Source: a virus
Taxonomy: Duplodnaviria; Caudoviricetes
Length of the DNA stretch: 36,770 bases
Virus record (IMG/VR): IMGVR_UViG_3300049913_000009
Span: 1 to 36,770 of that record
Direction: 5' to 3' (one strand)
The position numbers were made by a program, and so were the translations under genes. The notes under the pieces were generated by a model. The model ran no database searches and was not told the origin of the DNA. It was given only the letters and a program-made list of their open reading frames with translations. Position 1 is the first letter of the stretch, and each line of letters starts with the position of its first letter. This document shows positions 1-8,665 of this stretch, piece by piece.

Positions 1-2103
1 GGGAACGACCTTGCCGTCCTCGGCCTTCCAGCCGGTGACGCCATAACGGATAATCGGCTCGTCCTTGCTGACCAGCTTGCGTCGTGGGTGTCGAAAGTCA
101 TCCCAGAGATCGCCGTAGATCTGCCAGCCGGCGTCCGTTCTCTCCACACGTGTCACCTTGCGAATGTCGTACACAAAGCCTCTCGCGTGCAGTGGGGTCA
201 CCAAGTCACCCACCTTGACCAGGTCCGGAACGTCCGGGTCGGCAGCCGGCTGCGTGACTACGTCGACTGTGGCCACTTCCTTCTTAGCGTACCATTCACA
301 GCCGTACTGTCCTGTCTCCATCGGGTAGCCGGGGATATTGCATGAGGTGTCGCAGCTGCCGGGTCCGTACTTGCAGGAGTGACAGAGACAGGGTCCGCCT
401 TCGCCATTGTATCGGAGCTCGCATGCTGTTTCAGGGCATGGGCCTTGTCCGGGTGCGTAGATATCCGCGGGGAAGGTGGCTTTGTCGATCCAGTGTTCAC
501 AGTCCTTGATGATCGCCGGGTAGGGCTTGTGGTGATGTGGATGCTCGAGCGTGCAGATGGAACAGATATGGTAGGGCTCGTCGCCGTTCATCGCGCAGTT
601 CTGATACGCTCGGCCACAGGTAAGGCACTTGCACTCACCACAGAATTGCCGCACATACCGCTGAAGAGTGACCATGTGCTGCTGTTCCATGGGCAACTGA
701 CTCTCCGTGTTTCCCAGGACGTCGACAGTGAGAGCAGCCTTGCGCCCACAGAGGGTTGTCGGCTGGAGCTCGGGCTTTCCCAAGCACTGGTCACAGCCAC
801 AAGGCGGACAGTTCGCCCATTCCTTGTCGGTGTAGTTCAGGTGCGCTTGGTTCAGGCCACAGGTCTCGCAGTCACAGTGGCTGCAGGTGTCGGCGTTGCT
901 TCCTGGGAGAGGGTTGTTGTCATAATCCGCGCGGGTGAGCTTCGGCTGCTTCTTCGGTTTCGGTTGCTTCGTCGCTTTGACGGGCACGGTCGGCTGTTCC
1001 TCGCCATCCTTCGCCCGGAAGTCAGGACATCCTCCCATCTTGCCGCCATGCTTGGAACAATAGATCGGTCCCTCGCAGGTGTGACAACTCTCTCCATTGT
1101 TGGCGCACTTCGGGCAGAGACAGTCGGAGCATGTCCAGCCTTCGCCCTCAGCTTTCGAGTACGCAGGACACTCCACAGTGTGAGCGTGATAGTGGCCACA
1201 GACACTTTTGTTCATCCTTTTGCATTGACCGCACGTCTCCTGGTTGATGCAGCTATGACAAAGACAGGGGCTTGTACCTAGACAGCCGTGAGGAGCGAGC
1301 GCCTCGAGGTCGCGATTCCTATTCGCCCTAGACGTCGCCCTCGACTTCTTCGCCTTGGCGGGCTTCGCCGTAAGTTCGACAGGAGCAATGGCCGTAGGCG
1401 CCTTCTTCCGGTGTCGCATGAGTAGCCGCCACTTCTCGAAGGGCTCGTAGACTCCAATACCATTGCGGTCGTTCTGTTTGGCGACGGCAGCGAGCGTCCA
1501 AGGCGTGTGATTGATGCGCCAGTAGAACTCTTCAGTCGATTCTCCGAGGTCGTAGCGGGAACCGTTCTCGACGCCCTGGATCAGCCCCTTGTTATATGCC
1601 TGAGCGAGCAACTCTTTCGAGAAGAATGGTGCTATCTCATTGGCTGTGGGTGTGCTGACTCTCTGCAGATACATGATGAGCCTGTCCTCTGCCAGCTTGT
1701 CGAACTTGTCCGTTGCCGGCCAGTAGCCGACGCAGCGCTCGATGGTACATGGAGGATCCTGCCGACAATCGGGCTTGCACATGCAGCCGTACAGCGGGCA
1801 GCTCCCGCCCTGGTACTCGCCACAGTTCCGGCAGTCGCACATCCAGGGAGATTCGAGCTTCTCACATGGCAGATGAATTTCTTTCAGATGTGACACGTCC
1901 TTCAAGATGCAGGCACTGTCCTGAGTCGCGCAGTCGCCACCGCGCATGACGCACCAGTTGTCGTTATGTTCTGAGGCGTCCTTTCGGAATGCCGCGCCCG
2001 CGAAGGTGTCTACCAGCTTGGCGCTCCAGGGAGCAACGACCGGCGTGATAGGCTCAGGGAACAGGCTGCCCGCCCATCCATTTGCAACAGGCGCGCGTCT
2101 CAT
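1..2103 (-). CDS. Large Cys-rich CxCxxC-repeat protein, N-terminal 701 codons (continues across the circular junction)
   Basis: Manual translation: ATG at 2103 overlaps the upstream stop (ATGA) and there is no stop down to base 1. Motifs CDCRNC, CLCHSC, CLCPKC, CDCETC, CGCDQC, CKCLTC, CLCHSC. Absent from the ORF track because the stop is not on this side of the window. Confidence 0.85.
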   Translation of the reverse strand, partial: MRRAPVANGWAGSLFPEPITPVVAPWSAKLVDTFAGAAFRKDASEHNDNWCVMRGGDCATQDSACILKDVSHLKEIHLPCEKLESPWMCDCRNCGEYQGGSCPLYGCMCKPDCRQDPPCTIERCVGYWPATDKFDKLAEDRLIMYLQRVSTPTANEIAPFFSKELLAQAYNKGLIQGVENGSRYDLGESTEEFYWRINHTPWTLAAVAKQNDRNGIGVYEPFEKWRLLMRHRKKAPTAIAPVELTAKPAKAKKSRATSRANRNRDLEALAPHGCLGTSPCLCHSCINQETCGQCKRMNKSVCGHYHAHTVECPAYSKAEGEGWTCSDCLCPKCANNGESCHTCEGPIYCSKHGGKMGGCPDFRAKDGEEQPTVPVKATKQPKPKKQPKLTRADYDNNPLPGSNADTCSHCDCETCGLNQAHLNYTDKEWANCPPCGCDQCLGKPELQPTTLCGRKAALTVDVLGNTESQLPMEQQHMVTLQRYVRQFCGECKCLTCGRAYQNCAMNGDEPYHICSICTLEHPHHHKPYPAIIKDCEHWIDKATFPADIYAPGQGPCPETACELRYNGEGGPCLCHSCKYGPGSCDTSCNIPGYPMETGQYGCEWYAKKEVATVDVVTQPAADPDVPDLVKVGDLVTPLHARGFVYDIRKVTRVERTDAGWQIYGDLWDDFRHPRRKLVSKDEPIIRYGVTGWKAEDGKVVP

Positions 2104-2306
2104 TCCACGACCTCGAGCGTACCAAGGCAGCGCGACAGACGGCTTGCTTGGATGGTGAAACTGGTGACGCCGTGCCCATCCTGAAAGGCGACCCACTTCT
2201 GTGTCTCATTGCCGACGACCGTGCCCTTGAAGATGCGCCCGTCGACGAGAACGAGTTCCACTTTCTGACCAGGGGTAAGAGACTTGATGACACCGTTGTT
2301 GTTCAT
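2100..2306 (-). CDS. Small beta-rich hypothetical protein (possibly Sm/SH3-like)
   Basis: MNNNGVIKSLTPGQKVELVLVDGRIFKGTVVG...; ATGA overlaps on both sides. Confidence 0.6.
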   Translation of the reverse strand: MNNNGVIKSLTPGQKVELVLVDGRIFKGTVVGNETQKWVAFQDGHGVTSFTIQASRLSRCLGTLEVVE

Positions 2307-2479
2307 GGATTCCCCCACCAGAACCTTGTCTGTTTGATGTTCCGAGCAATAGTGTTCCGGCACTTGTCGTACGCTGCCTTCTGGCCCTTGTGCCGTTGAC
2401 GCCAGTTGAACTGATTGAACCGGTCCCTGTCCGGGTTCTCTTCCCTCCATCGTTTCATCACAACGGAAGCAGCGGTCAT
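2303..2479 (-). CDS. Small basic hypothetical protein (58 aa)
   Basis: MTAASVVMKRWREENPDRDRFNQ...; ATGA coupling to both neighbours; below the ORF-track length cutoff. Confidence 0.6.
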   Translation of the reverse strand: MTAASVVMKRWREENPDRDRFNQFNWRQRHKGQKAAYDKCRNTIARNIKQTRFWWGNP

Positions 2480-3132
2480 GGCTTCTCCTTCGGGATGTAG
2501 AGGACTTGCACCCGGACGTTGCGACGACGGCCCTTTGTTTTATCGTGGCACTTCTTACAGAGCGTCTTTCCATTATCAACGTCAAACCTCTCGTCTGAAT
2601 ACTCAGCGAATCTGTGGATGTGATGCGCTTCGAGAACAACAGCATGACCATTGCCACTATGCGCTCCGCACTCTTGGCAAGTGTAGTTGTCACGTTCGAA
2701 GACAGCAGTACGCCAAGTCATGTATTCAGGACTATCGCGGATGATGTGATTCTCGGATGTAATTCCGCCCTTCCAGAATGGATTCAGTTCACGTCTCATA
2801 TCTGCATGATTGGCAGAAAGAACGGCGCGCGCTTTGGGTGACCACGGAATGCCCTTGTTCCATGGAGCGCGACCGAGACAGTTCGTGTTCCCCATTTTTC
2901 CAGCGGACATATGTGCTCTTTCTTCAGGTGACGGGTGCCTTCCTCTGAGTTTTGCTGCTCTTTTTGCCGTTGCTTCAGGGGTATGGGAAGCCGTCAGACA
3001 AGCGTCCGTCAGTGGTTTGCCTTTGTGCGATGCGGACATCCTTGCACAAGCCTCAGGAGAAACGGAATGTCCCATATGCACGGCAGAATCTCTTGCTCGT
3101 TGTTCATCTGTCATGTGCTGTCCGAGTTTCAT
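2476..3132 (-). CDS. NUMOD3-repeat HNH homing endonuclease
   Basis: NUMOD3-like repeats (HSVSPEACARMSASHKG, HPSPEERAHMSAGKMG) followed by CQECG...LEAHHI...DNGKTLCKKCH. Confidence 0.85.
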   Translation of the reverse strand: MKLGQHMTDEQRARDSAVHMGHSVSPEACARMSASHKGKPLTDACLTASHTPEATAKRAAKLRGRHPSPEERAHMSAGKMGNTNCLGRAPWNKGIPWSPKARAVLSANHADMRRELNPFWKGGITSENHIIRDSPEYMTWRTAVFERDNYTCQECGAHSGNGHAVVLEAHHIHRFAEYSDERFDVDNGKTLCKKCHDKTKGRRRNVRVQVLYIPKEKP

Positions 3133-3782
3133 GGTGTCCCCTCGAGTGCGAAGTCATGGGCAATCTCCCGGATCATCGCTGCATAGCCTGTTGACCTGCA
3201 ATACCCGAGCCGTTGGACTTCCCGAGCATAGCGATAGACGTCAGACTTGTACTTCAGGGCTGACGTGTAGCCGTGAGAGGGGTCGGTGAGCATATGTCCC
3301 TGCTGATTGAATGACGCCGCCAGACTGGCGAATCGCTGGTAGGCAATACCGTCGATGTAGATTGGAGTTCCATGCCCTTGATAGGTCACACCAAAGTAGT
3401 TGTGTCCTGCCACGGCAAGACGAGAGCGCCCGCGGTCACTCTCCAGGATGGCTTGTGACAGGAGAAACGCAGCAGGGACACCATACTGTTTCTCCGCCTG
3501 CAGTGCTGTTGGGATAGCGAGGACGACGAACCGCTGCGTGTCGGTGACAGGGTTGCCGCTTCTGCTAACCTGATGGATCCAGGTGGCGAGATAGGGCGAT
3601 GGTGGGGCTACGGCTGCCATCCTGCGGGCAGTCCGAAGATTCACCCAGTCGTCGGCACTCGTCTGTCGAGGTCCCAGGAGTGTGAACAGCATGATGAACA
3701 GCGTGACAAGAGCTGCCACGAGCAGGATGATGGCGACCTGGCTATAGTCGATGCGCGTTGGCCTGCGTGAGGACCACTTCAT
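3129..3782 (-). CDS. Membrane-anchored GH73/FlgJ-like glucosaminidase
   Basis: N-terminal hydrophobic helix; YGVPAAFLLSQAILESDRGRS...HNYFGV...GYC pattern; start placed at the ATGA overlap. Confidence 0.8.
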   Translation of the reverse strand: MKWSSRRPTRIDYSQVAIILLVAALVTLFIMLFTLLGPRQTSADDWVNLRTARRMAAVAPPSPYLATWIHQVSRSGNPVTDTQRFVVLAIPTALQAEKQYGVPAAFLLSQAILESDRGRSRLAVAGHNYFGVTYQGHGTPIYIDGIAYQRFASLAASFNQQGHMLTDPSHGYTSALKYKSDVYRYAREVQRLGYCRSTGYAAMIREIAHDFALEGTP

Positions 3783-4222
3783 GACCGTAGCGCGCGCACT
3801 TGGCGCTCGTGCCACCAGGCCTCGAGATCGTCTGAGCTGCGAACGACCAGGTACAGGGCGCCGGAACTCTCAAACCGCAGCTGCCACTCTTCCTGCTCGT
3901 GCGTCTGGTACGTACCAGGACGCTTGACCTCGATGCCGATCAGACGTCCGGTGCCAGGTTCGATCGCCAGGATGTCGGGAAGGCCTTTGGTGCCATAGCG
4001 GATGAAACTGCTGCCGTATGACCCGTCCTTGCGCTGGTAGTTGTGCGTGGCGCAGCCTGTGTTGTTACGCCAGAACGTGAAGTCCTGCATTGCCAACCAG
4101 GCCATGACTTCGCCCTGGATGGCGGACTCTTTTCGCGTTGCCTTCGCGTACGCTTCCGGGTCAAGAACCTCGTTGGAACAATCTGATACGGGCTTGCGCC
4201 GTTGTTCTGCTGCGATAGTCAT
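3779..4222 (-). CDS. VRR-NUC domain nuclease
   Basis: ESAIQ...GLPDI...IEVKRPG...Q PD-(D/E)XK pattern. Confidence 0.85.
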   Translation of the reverse strand: MTIAAEQRRKPVSDCSNEVLDPEAYAKATRKESAIQGEVMAWLAMQDFTFWRNNTGCATHNYQRKDGSYGSSFIRYGTKGLPDILAIEPGTGRLIGIEVKRPGTYQTHEQEEWQLRFESSGALYLVVRSSDDLEAWWHERQVRALRS

Positions 4223-4260
4223 GCGATCCTCCTAGATCGATTGTTGCGTACAGTCAGGTA

Positions 4261-4476
4261 CTAGTGCTGGTGCTGTGCTATGGCCTCTCCTTTGGGTGCT
4301 GTGAAGTCGAGCCTGTCAGCCCACTCACTCTTCTTGCCCTTGTTCCACTGGGCAACAGGTCTCAGATAGCCGACGACGCGACTGTAGACCTCAGTCATGA
4401 AGAAGTCCTTGATGCAGTGGACTTCCAGCGCAACCTTGATGTCGTAGGCTGAAACCTTTAGTTCCTCGATCTTCAC
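4261..4476 (-). CDS. Small protein with NrdD C-terminal glycyl-radical motif
   Basis: TEVYSRVVGYLRPVAQWNKGKKSEWADR matches the class III RNR C-terminus. Confidence 0.75.
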   Translation of the reverse strand: MKIEELKVSAYDIKVALEVHCIKDFFMTEVYSRVVGYLRPVAQWNKGKKSEWADRLDFTAPKGEAIAQHQH

Positions 4477-4715
4477 GGGGTCTCCTTCGGGTCAAGAACC
4501 GACGTCCGAATCATCATATAGGTGCCGTCTCCCATCCCGAACTGGAAGAGAGAGGCATCCAGTATCCGCCTTCGCTCTGCCTGAATGACAGCGGCCTTGA
4601 AGGCGTCAACATCCTCTGTAGCGGCTGTCAACGCAGTTTTATCGCCCATGCCACGAGACTGATATCTAAGGGAGATATTGCTGATACATATTGTCGCAAG
4701 TTCATCAACAGTCAT
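4473..4715 (-). CDS. Hypothetical protein
   Basis: Coupled ORF in the overlapping gene chain. Confidence 0.6.
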   Translation of the reverse strand: MTVDELATICISNISLRYQSRGMGDKTALTAATEDVDAFKAAVIQAERRRILDASLFQFGMGDGTYMMIRTSVLDPKETP

Positions 4716-4993
4716 GCCGTCACCTTCTTGTTCAGTTCCTGTACCACGATCATGCGGTAGTATCGCCGTGCGTTATGGTACACACCTGTTCCATCCACGG
4801 GGTAACCTTCGTCCTTCTCGTTCTGCATCATCGCGAGGGCGTAGACAGGCACATCGATCGTGCCTTCCTTGTCGCGAGGCATCCAGGGGACATAACAGAT
4901 CCACTTTCCTTCTTCGAGGGCAAACTTCACGCGCCAGTAGTAACGGAAGGTGACTGCGATCATCTCCTGCGAGGGCTTGATGTTCTCTCTCAT
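4712..4993 (-). CDS. Hypothetical protein
   Basis: ATGA overlap at 4990-4993. Confidence 0.6.
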   Translation of the reverse strand: MRENIKPSQEMIAVTFRYYWRVKFALEEGKWICYVPWMPRDKEGTIDVPVYALAMMQNEKDEGYPVDGTGVYHNARRYYRMIVVQELNKKVTA

Positions 4994-5286
4994 GACTGCA
5001 CCCCAGCGCACGCGGCCTCTACTCTCATTCGTTGTTCGAGCCGTTCCAACTTGGCAAGCCTGGCTGCGTAGATTTGCGGCCCCCAGATCAGACGCATCTG
5101 GTCAACCATGATGCTGACGTCGGCAATCTCTGAAATCAGGTCAGTCGGAACGTTCGTGCGCCCGTTCACCAGCTTCAGCACTTCCGTGGCTGCTTCACAG
5201 CACTCTTCGCCGAAGAGCATGATCTGCATGTTCTGTCCCCAGGTGTCCATGGCTTTCTGCAAGACCGCTTCCTCCAGGGAGGTCAT
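4990..5286 (-). CDS. MazG-like NTP pyrophosphohydrolase
   Basis: EECCE...EIADV acidic motifs. Confidence 0.75.
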   Translation of the reverse strand: MTSLEEAVLQKAMDTWGQNMQIMLFGEECCEAATEVLKLVNGRTNVPTDLISEIADVSIMVDQMRLIWGPQIYAARLAKLERLEQRMRVEAACAGVQS

Positions 5287-5621
5287 GGCTGCCTCCGTTC
5301 TGTGGCCACTTGAACGCCAACGACGTCGAAGTCGGCTGCTGCGTCCGAGTCACTGAGATCCGAGTCGTGCGCCAATGCTCTCAACGCCGCCGCGGCCTGA
5401 TGGTCCGGATACTGCCCATCCTGGTACTGGACGCTCACGGGATACTCCGTGCCGTCTTTATTCCAGCGCTTCACCGGGAAGTGCATCATCGCGCCATCGA
5501 ACCCGATCTCGACAAACTGGTTGGGGTAGGATTCCAATGCTTCGACCAGCGGGCGCCACTTTGCAGCCAAGTCCATGAAGCGCATCATCACGGCCGTGGT
5601 GCCAGCGAGCTTCGCCCTCAC
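5283..5621 (-). CDS. Hypothetical protein
   Basis: Coupled ORF. Confidence 0.6.
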   Translation of the reverse strand: MRAKLAGTTAVMMRFMDLAAKWRPLVEALESYPNQFVEIGFDGAMMHFPVKRWNKDGTEYPVSVQYQDGQYPDHQAAAALRALAHDSDLSDSDAAADFDVVGVQVATERRQP

Positions 5622-5875
5622 TTCAACCAGGGCGTGCGCGTAACCACCAGCACTATGGAACTTCCCAGCCGTGAACGCAGCCTTGCGCTCCTTGCGGCGG
5701 TTTGCTCTGCCAGGGCCGCATTGGCGTAGGCCCGGCTCAGTTCTTCGGCAAAATCCTCAGCGTGTGCTATGGCGTCGTCCCTAGCACAGATGAGTTCAAC
5801 TGTACGTGTCTCGGCATATACCATCGCCTTGTACTCCGTGTCCTGCATGATCACGAGCTTGCCGAAGCGTCTCAT
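5618..5875 (-). CDS. Hypothetical protein
   Basis: Coupled ORF. Confidence 0.6.
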   Translation of the reverse strand: MRRFGKLVIMQDTEYKAMVYAETRTVELICARDDAIAHAEDFAEELSRAYANAALAEQTAARSARLRSRLGSSIVLVVTRTPWLK

Positions 5876-6057
5876 TTTGCCACCTCACGCACAATGTAAC
5901 CGTTCGCTGCCGATGCACGCTGATCGAACTCGCGGCAGATCACCTGTTCCGCGATGACGCCAGGGCGCACGGCGCACATCATGGTCTGCCGATGCAGACG
6001 GGCGTTCAGAGCACATTCTTGGTGCTTGCAGATCTCACAGAGGATCGCGCGCTTCAT
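5872..6057 (-). CDS. Small Cys-containing hypothetical protein
   Basis: CEICKHQEC...C...C; coupled ORF. Confidence 0.6.
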   Translation of the reverse strand: MKRAILCEICKHQECALNARLHRQTMMCAVRPGVIAEQVICREFDQRASAANGYIVREVAK

Positions 6058-6251
6058 GACTGTACCTGCTCTGTGATGATCCTTCTGGCTTCCTCTGGTG
6101 TATCCGCTGCGAATGGAGGCACAACCTTCACAACAAGGTCATTCCCGTCGCAGTCCTCAGTATAGTCCTTGACGTCACCAAACCATCGCTTGACCTGAAC
6201 AGTTCCATTCGCATGCAGATAGCCCCACCACATGATGATGTCGAGTTTCAT
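6054..6251 (-). CDS. Hypothetical phage protein
   Basis: WWGYLHANGTVQVKRWF; coupled ORF. Confidence 0.65.
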   Translation of the reverse strand: MKLDIIMWWGYLHANGTVQVKRWFGDVKDYTEDCDGNDLVVKVVPPFAADTPEEARRIITEQVQS

Positions 6252-7000
6252 GCCGTCGCCCCCTGGACGAGCTGGCGGATGAACTCCACTCCCCGCTGGT
6301 AGACTACCGTCTTGAAGTACAGGTGCTGGTTTCCGTCCGGATCCGTCCAGGACGTCTCGATGACACGGAAGTACCCGGCGTCGACATATCGCTGGTACGG
6401 GCGGTTGTTCTCCTGGAGAATCGACTTCTTCCGGAGCAGGTCGAACAAGTTTGTCCTGCCCAGTCCGGGAACAGCCAGCGTCTTCGCGACCGTGCCGATG
6501 TCCGTGGTGTCGGAGCTCGAGGCTACGGTGTCGAAGAAGGCGACCTTCGGGGCGGCAAGGGCCAGCTGCTGCGTCTGCTGCTCGATCTGCTCTGCCTGCT
6601 TGGCTGCCAGGTAGAGGGCAGCGCTGAATGATGTCGGCACCGCGGGCGATACTTGGACAGACGGGATGGTGTACGTGCCGGTGGTGCGAAGAGAAGGCAG
6701 AACGTCATGCTTCAGCCATTTGATGAACGGTCCGGCAGCCTTGTGGTGAAAGGCCAGGCCATAGACCCCTTCTTCGGAGACGGCGATCATCGACTGGCGC
6801 CCACCAGGGGTGTCCGCGATTACCGCACCCTTTTCGTCATCGGTCAGCCATTCGACGGCGTCGCGATACTTGCTGATGTCCAGGATGCTGCAGACGTCCT
6901 TCGCTACAAACCAGATCTTGCCATCGATGACCGACGTCCGCACCGGCTCCTTGCCAGCATATTGAAACGTCGTGATACTGCTTTCAACTGTTGGTTCCAT
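6248..7000 (-). CDS. ant: Antirepressor, BRO-N plus KilAC/ANT domain
   Basis: WFVAKDVC...SEEGVY (BRO-N); PKVAFFD...GRTNLFDLLR...PYQRYVDAGYF (KilAC). Confidence 0.9.
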   Translation of the reverse strand: MEPTVESSITTFQYAGKEPVRTSVIDGKIWFVAKDVCSILDISKYRDAVEWLTDDEKGAVIADTPGGRQSMIAVSEEGVYGLAFHHKAAGPFIKWLKHDVLPSLRTTGTYTIPSVQVSPAVPTSFSAALYLAAKQAEQIEQQTQQLALAAPKVAFFDTVASSSDTTDIGTVAKTLAVPGLGRTNLFDLLRKKSILQENNRPYQRYVDAGYFRVIETSWTDPDGNQHLYFKTVVYQRGVEFIRQLVQGATA

Positions 7001-7033
7001 TGCGATCCTCCCAGATCGGTTGTGACTGCTGTC

Positions 7034-7735
7034 CTAACGCATAGATGGGCCTGTATAGGTGATCCATTCGCATTGTGCCCGCCATCGGTCGGCGATGCAG
7101 GCCAGCTCGCCGCCTTTGTAGCCGGGCACCACAATTGTCTGTCCGTTCTCTCCCTGAACCTCGCGCGTATCCCAGCCGTCGGGCGGCACGTTGCTTGTGA
7201 TAAACACCGGGCGGCGCTTCTGATACCGGCTGTTCGCAATTTCATAGAAGGCTGCCACGGCCGCTTTGCCCCCCGCCTCATGGCCGAGATCGTCCACGAC
7301 CAGGACCTTCGCCGCCTTGGCATCGCGGACAACCGCGCGCGCCTCTTCGCCCTGCTTGCCATAGAGACAGTCCAGGACGCTGAACAGGTGGGGCGCGGTC
7401 CAGATTGACAGCGCGTGCTCCGGGAGAGGCAGGTCGCCATTTGCCAGCAGGTCCTGCCAGCAGCGCCAATGGAGATATTCGAGGGCACAGTGGACGGCTG
7501 ACGTCGTCTTGCCGGTGCCCTTCGGTCCCATGAAGACGATGCCAGTTTTCTGGACAGTGGCAAATTGCAGAACCGCCTCGAGCTGAGAGCGCGCGCGGCA
7601 TAACCGTGGATCCCAGACAAGACACTCACTCCCGAAGTCGTCGCTGAGCCGGATGCCGCGGACGATATAGGACATCCACTGGGCGAACCGTTCGCGGTAC
7701 AACCCGATCATCTCTTCCGAGAATGTCCCAGCCAT
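7034..7735 (-). CDS. DnaC/IstB-like AAA+ ATPase (helicase loader)
   Basis: Walker A GPKGTGKT, Walker B LVVDDLG, FITSN; directly follows the initiator. Confidence 0.85.
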   Translation of the reverse strand: MAGTFSEEMIGLYRERFAQWMSYIVRGIRLSDDFGSECLVWDPRLCRARSQLEAVLQFATVQKTGIVFMGPKGTGKTTSAVHCALEYLHWRCWQDLLANGDLPLPEHALSIWTAPHLFSVLDCLYGKQGEEARAVVRDAKAAKVLVVDDLGHEAGGKAAVAAFYEIANSRYQKRRPVFITSNVPPDGWDTREVQGENGQTIVVPGYKGGELACIADRWRAQCEWITYTGPSMR

Positions 7736-8313
7736 CAGCGTTCCTCGTCCTTGTCGTTGTCCGGGTTGAAGGTTGCCTGGTGGTAGCGGTCCTTGTGCGG
7801 GTCATAGGAGCCGGAAGAGATTCCAGCCCAGGTCTTGTCCTCGGGGGTCTGGGTTTCTGGCTTTTTGGTCTCGATTTTGGAACCATTTAAGGAAGGCTCT
7901 CTTGTTGTTGTATCCCTTCTTGTTATTGTGGGTGCCGATTTCGGTAACGGTTTCGTTACGGATTTCGGTAACGTTACGTATTTCGGTAACTCCTGCCACT
8001 CTCCGTAATGCTTGTTGAATTCATATCTGCAGAGACGCACGTTACCGATTTCGGTAAAGGTTTTGATGACGATGTTCCGTTCTGCCAGGCGCTTGAGTGT
8101 GTTGGCGACGTGCGTTTTGTCAATTCCGGTCCCGTCGACGAACTGTGCCAGACTGATCAGGTCAGACTTCTTCGACCACCCGTAGGTCTTGCGGAGAAGG
8201 AAATGCAAAACGCGCCCCTCGTACCCGGACAACTGGGTACGTGCGAGCGCGTCCATAATTGGATTGGCAACCGGCGTATAGCCGTCAGTGAGTTGTGGGT
8301 TTACCTTGCTCAT
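7735..8313 (-). CDS. Lambda O-family replication initiator
   Basis: DGYTPVAN...RVLHFLLRKTYGWSKKSDLISLAQF...FNKHYGEW; internal iterons. Confidence 0.88.
   Translation of the reverse strand: MSKVNPQLTDGYTPVANPIMDALARTQLSGYEGRVLHFLLRKTYGWSKKSDLISLAQFVDGTGIDKTHVANTLKRLAERNIVIKTFTEIGNVRLCRYEFNKHYGEWQELPKYVTLPKSVTKPLPKSAPTITRRDTTTREPSLNGSKIETKKPETQTPEDKTWAGISSGSYDPHKDRYHQATFNPDNDKDEER
7931..8058. repeat. Replication-origin iterons (4 x 18 bp, consensus GTTACNGATTTCGGTAAC)
   Basis: Copies at 7931-7948, 7955-7972, 7973-7990 and 8041-8058 inside the O-like gene; quasi-palindromic. Confidence 0.85.
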
Positions 8314-8317
8314 GGCG

Positions 8318-8368
8318 TCAGGTATCGGAGGGATGCTGGTCAGGTGGTGGTGTCTCGATGCGTGTCAT
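8318..8368 (-). CDS. Putative 16-aa leader peptide upstream of rep
   Basis: AAAAGGA SD, MTRIETPPPDQHPSDT*, stop 4 nt before the rep ATG, which has no clear SD of its own. Confidence 0.45.
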   Translation of the reverse strand: MTRIETPPPDQHPSDT

Positions 8369-8491
8369 CGTCGCGATCCTTTTCCACTGTCCAAATGTAA
8401 AGACGAGGGACGGGGCCGGGATCGTGGAAGCGGCGGCAGGTTCTCCTGCCTCAGAACGGTAGCTGACCGTCTGCCGCATCCCTCTATGACC

Positions 8492-8519
8492 ATCGTACAC
8501 GAATCCAAATTCCTGTCAA
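8492..8519 (-). promoter_or_regulatory. Sigma70-type promoter for replication genes
   Basis: TTGACA-N16-TACGAT. Confidence 0.65.
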
Positions 8520-8583
8520 GGGTCACGTTATACTCCTGGATGTGGCCCACTGCTTGCGTTCTTCCTCAGTCATAACCATGACA

Positions 8584-8665
8584 ATCCTCCCAGATCACGT
8601 GATGATATGCCTAAGCCAGGGCGCCAACCGATCTAGGAGGATCTACTAAGGTATAACACCTTGGC
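8584..8665 (-). ncRNA. Candidate antisense/leader regulatory RNA
   Basis: Contains GAUCCUCCUAGAUCGGUUG (8643-8625), complementary to extended SD motifs at 4225, 7004, 8584 and 35316; lies just downstream of a promoter. Confidence 0.55.

Noticed and set aside
379-1893. Plus-strand ORFs of 300 aa and 128 aa
   Set aside because: Antisense shadows of the long minus-strand Cys-rich gene; the same applies to 9566-10687, 22794-23852 and 32016-32849
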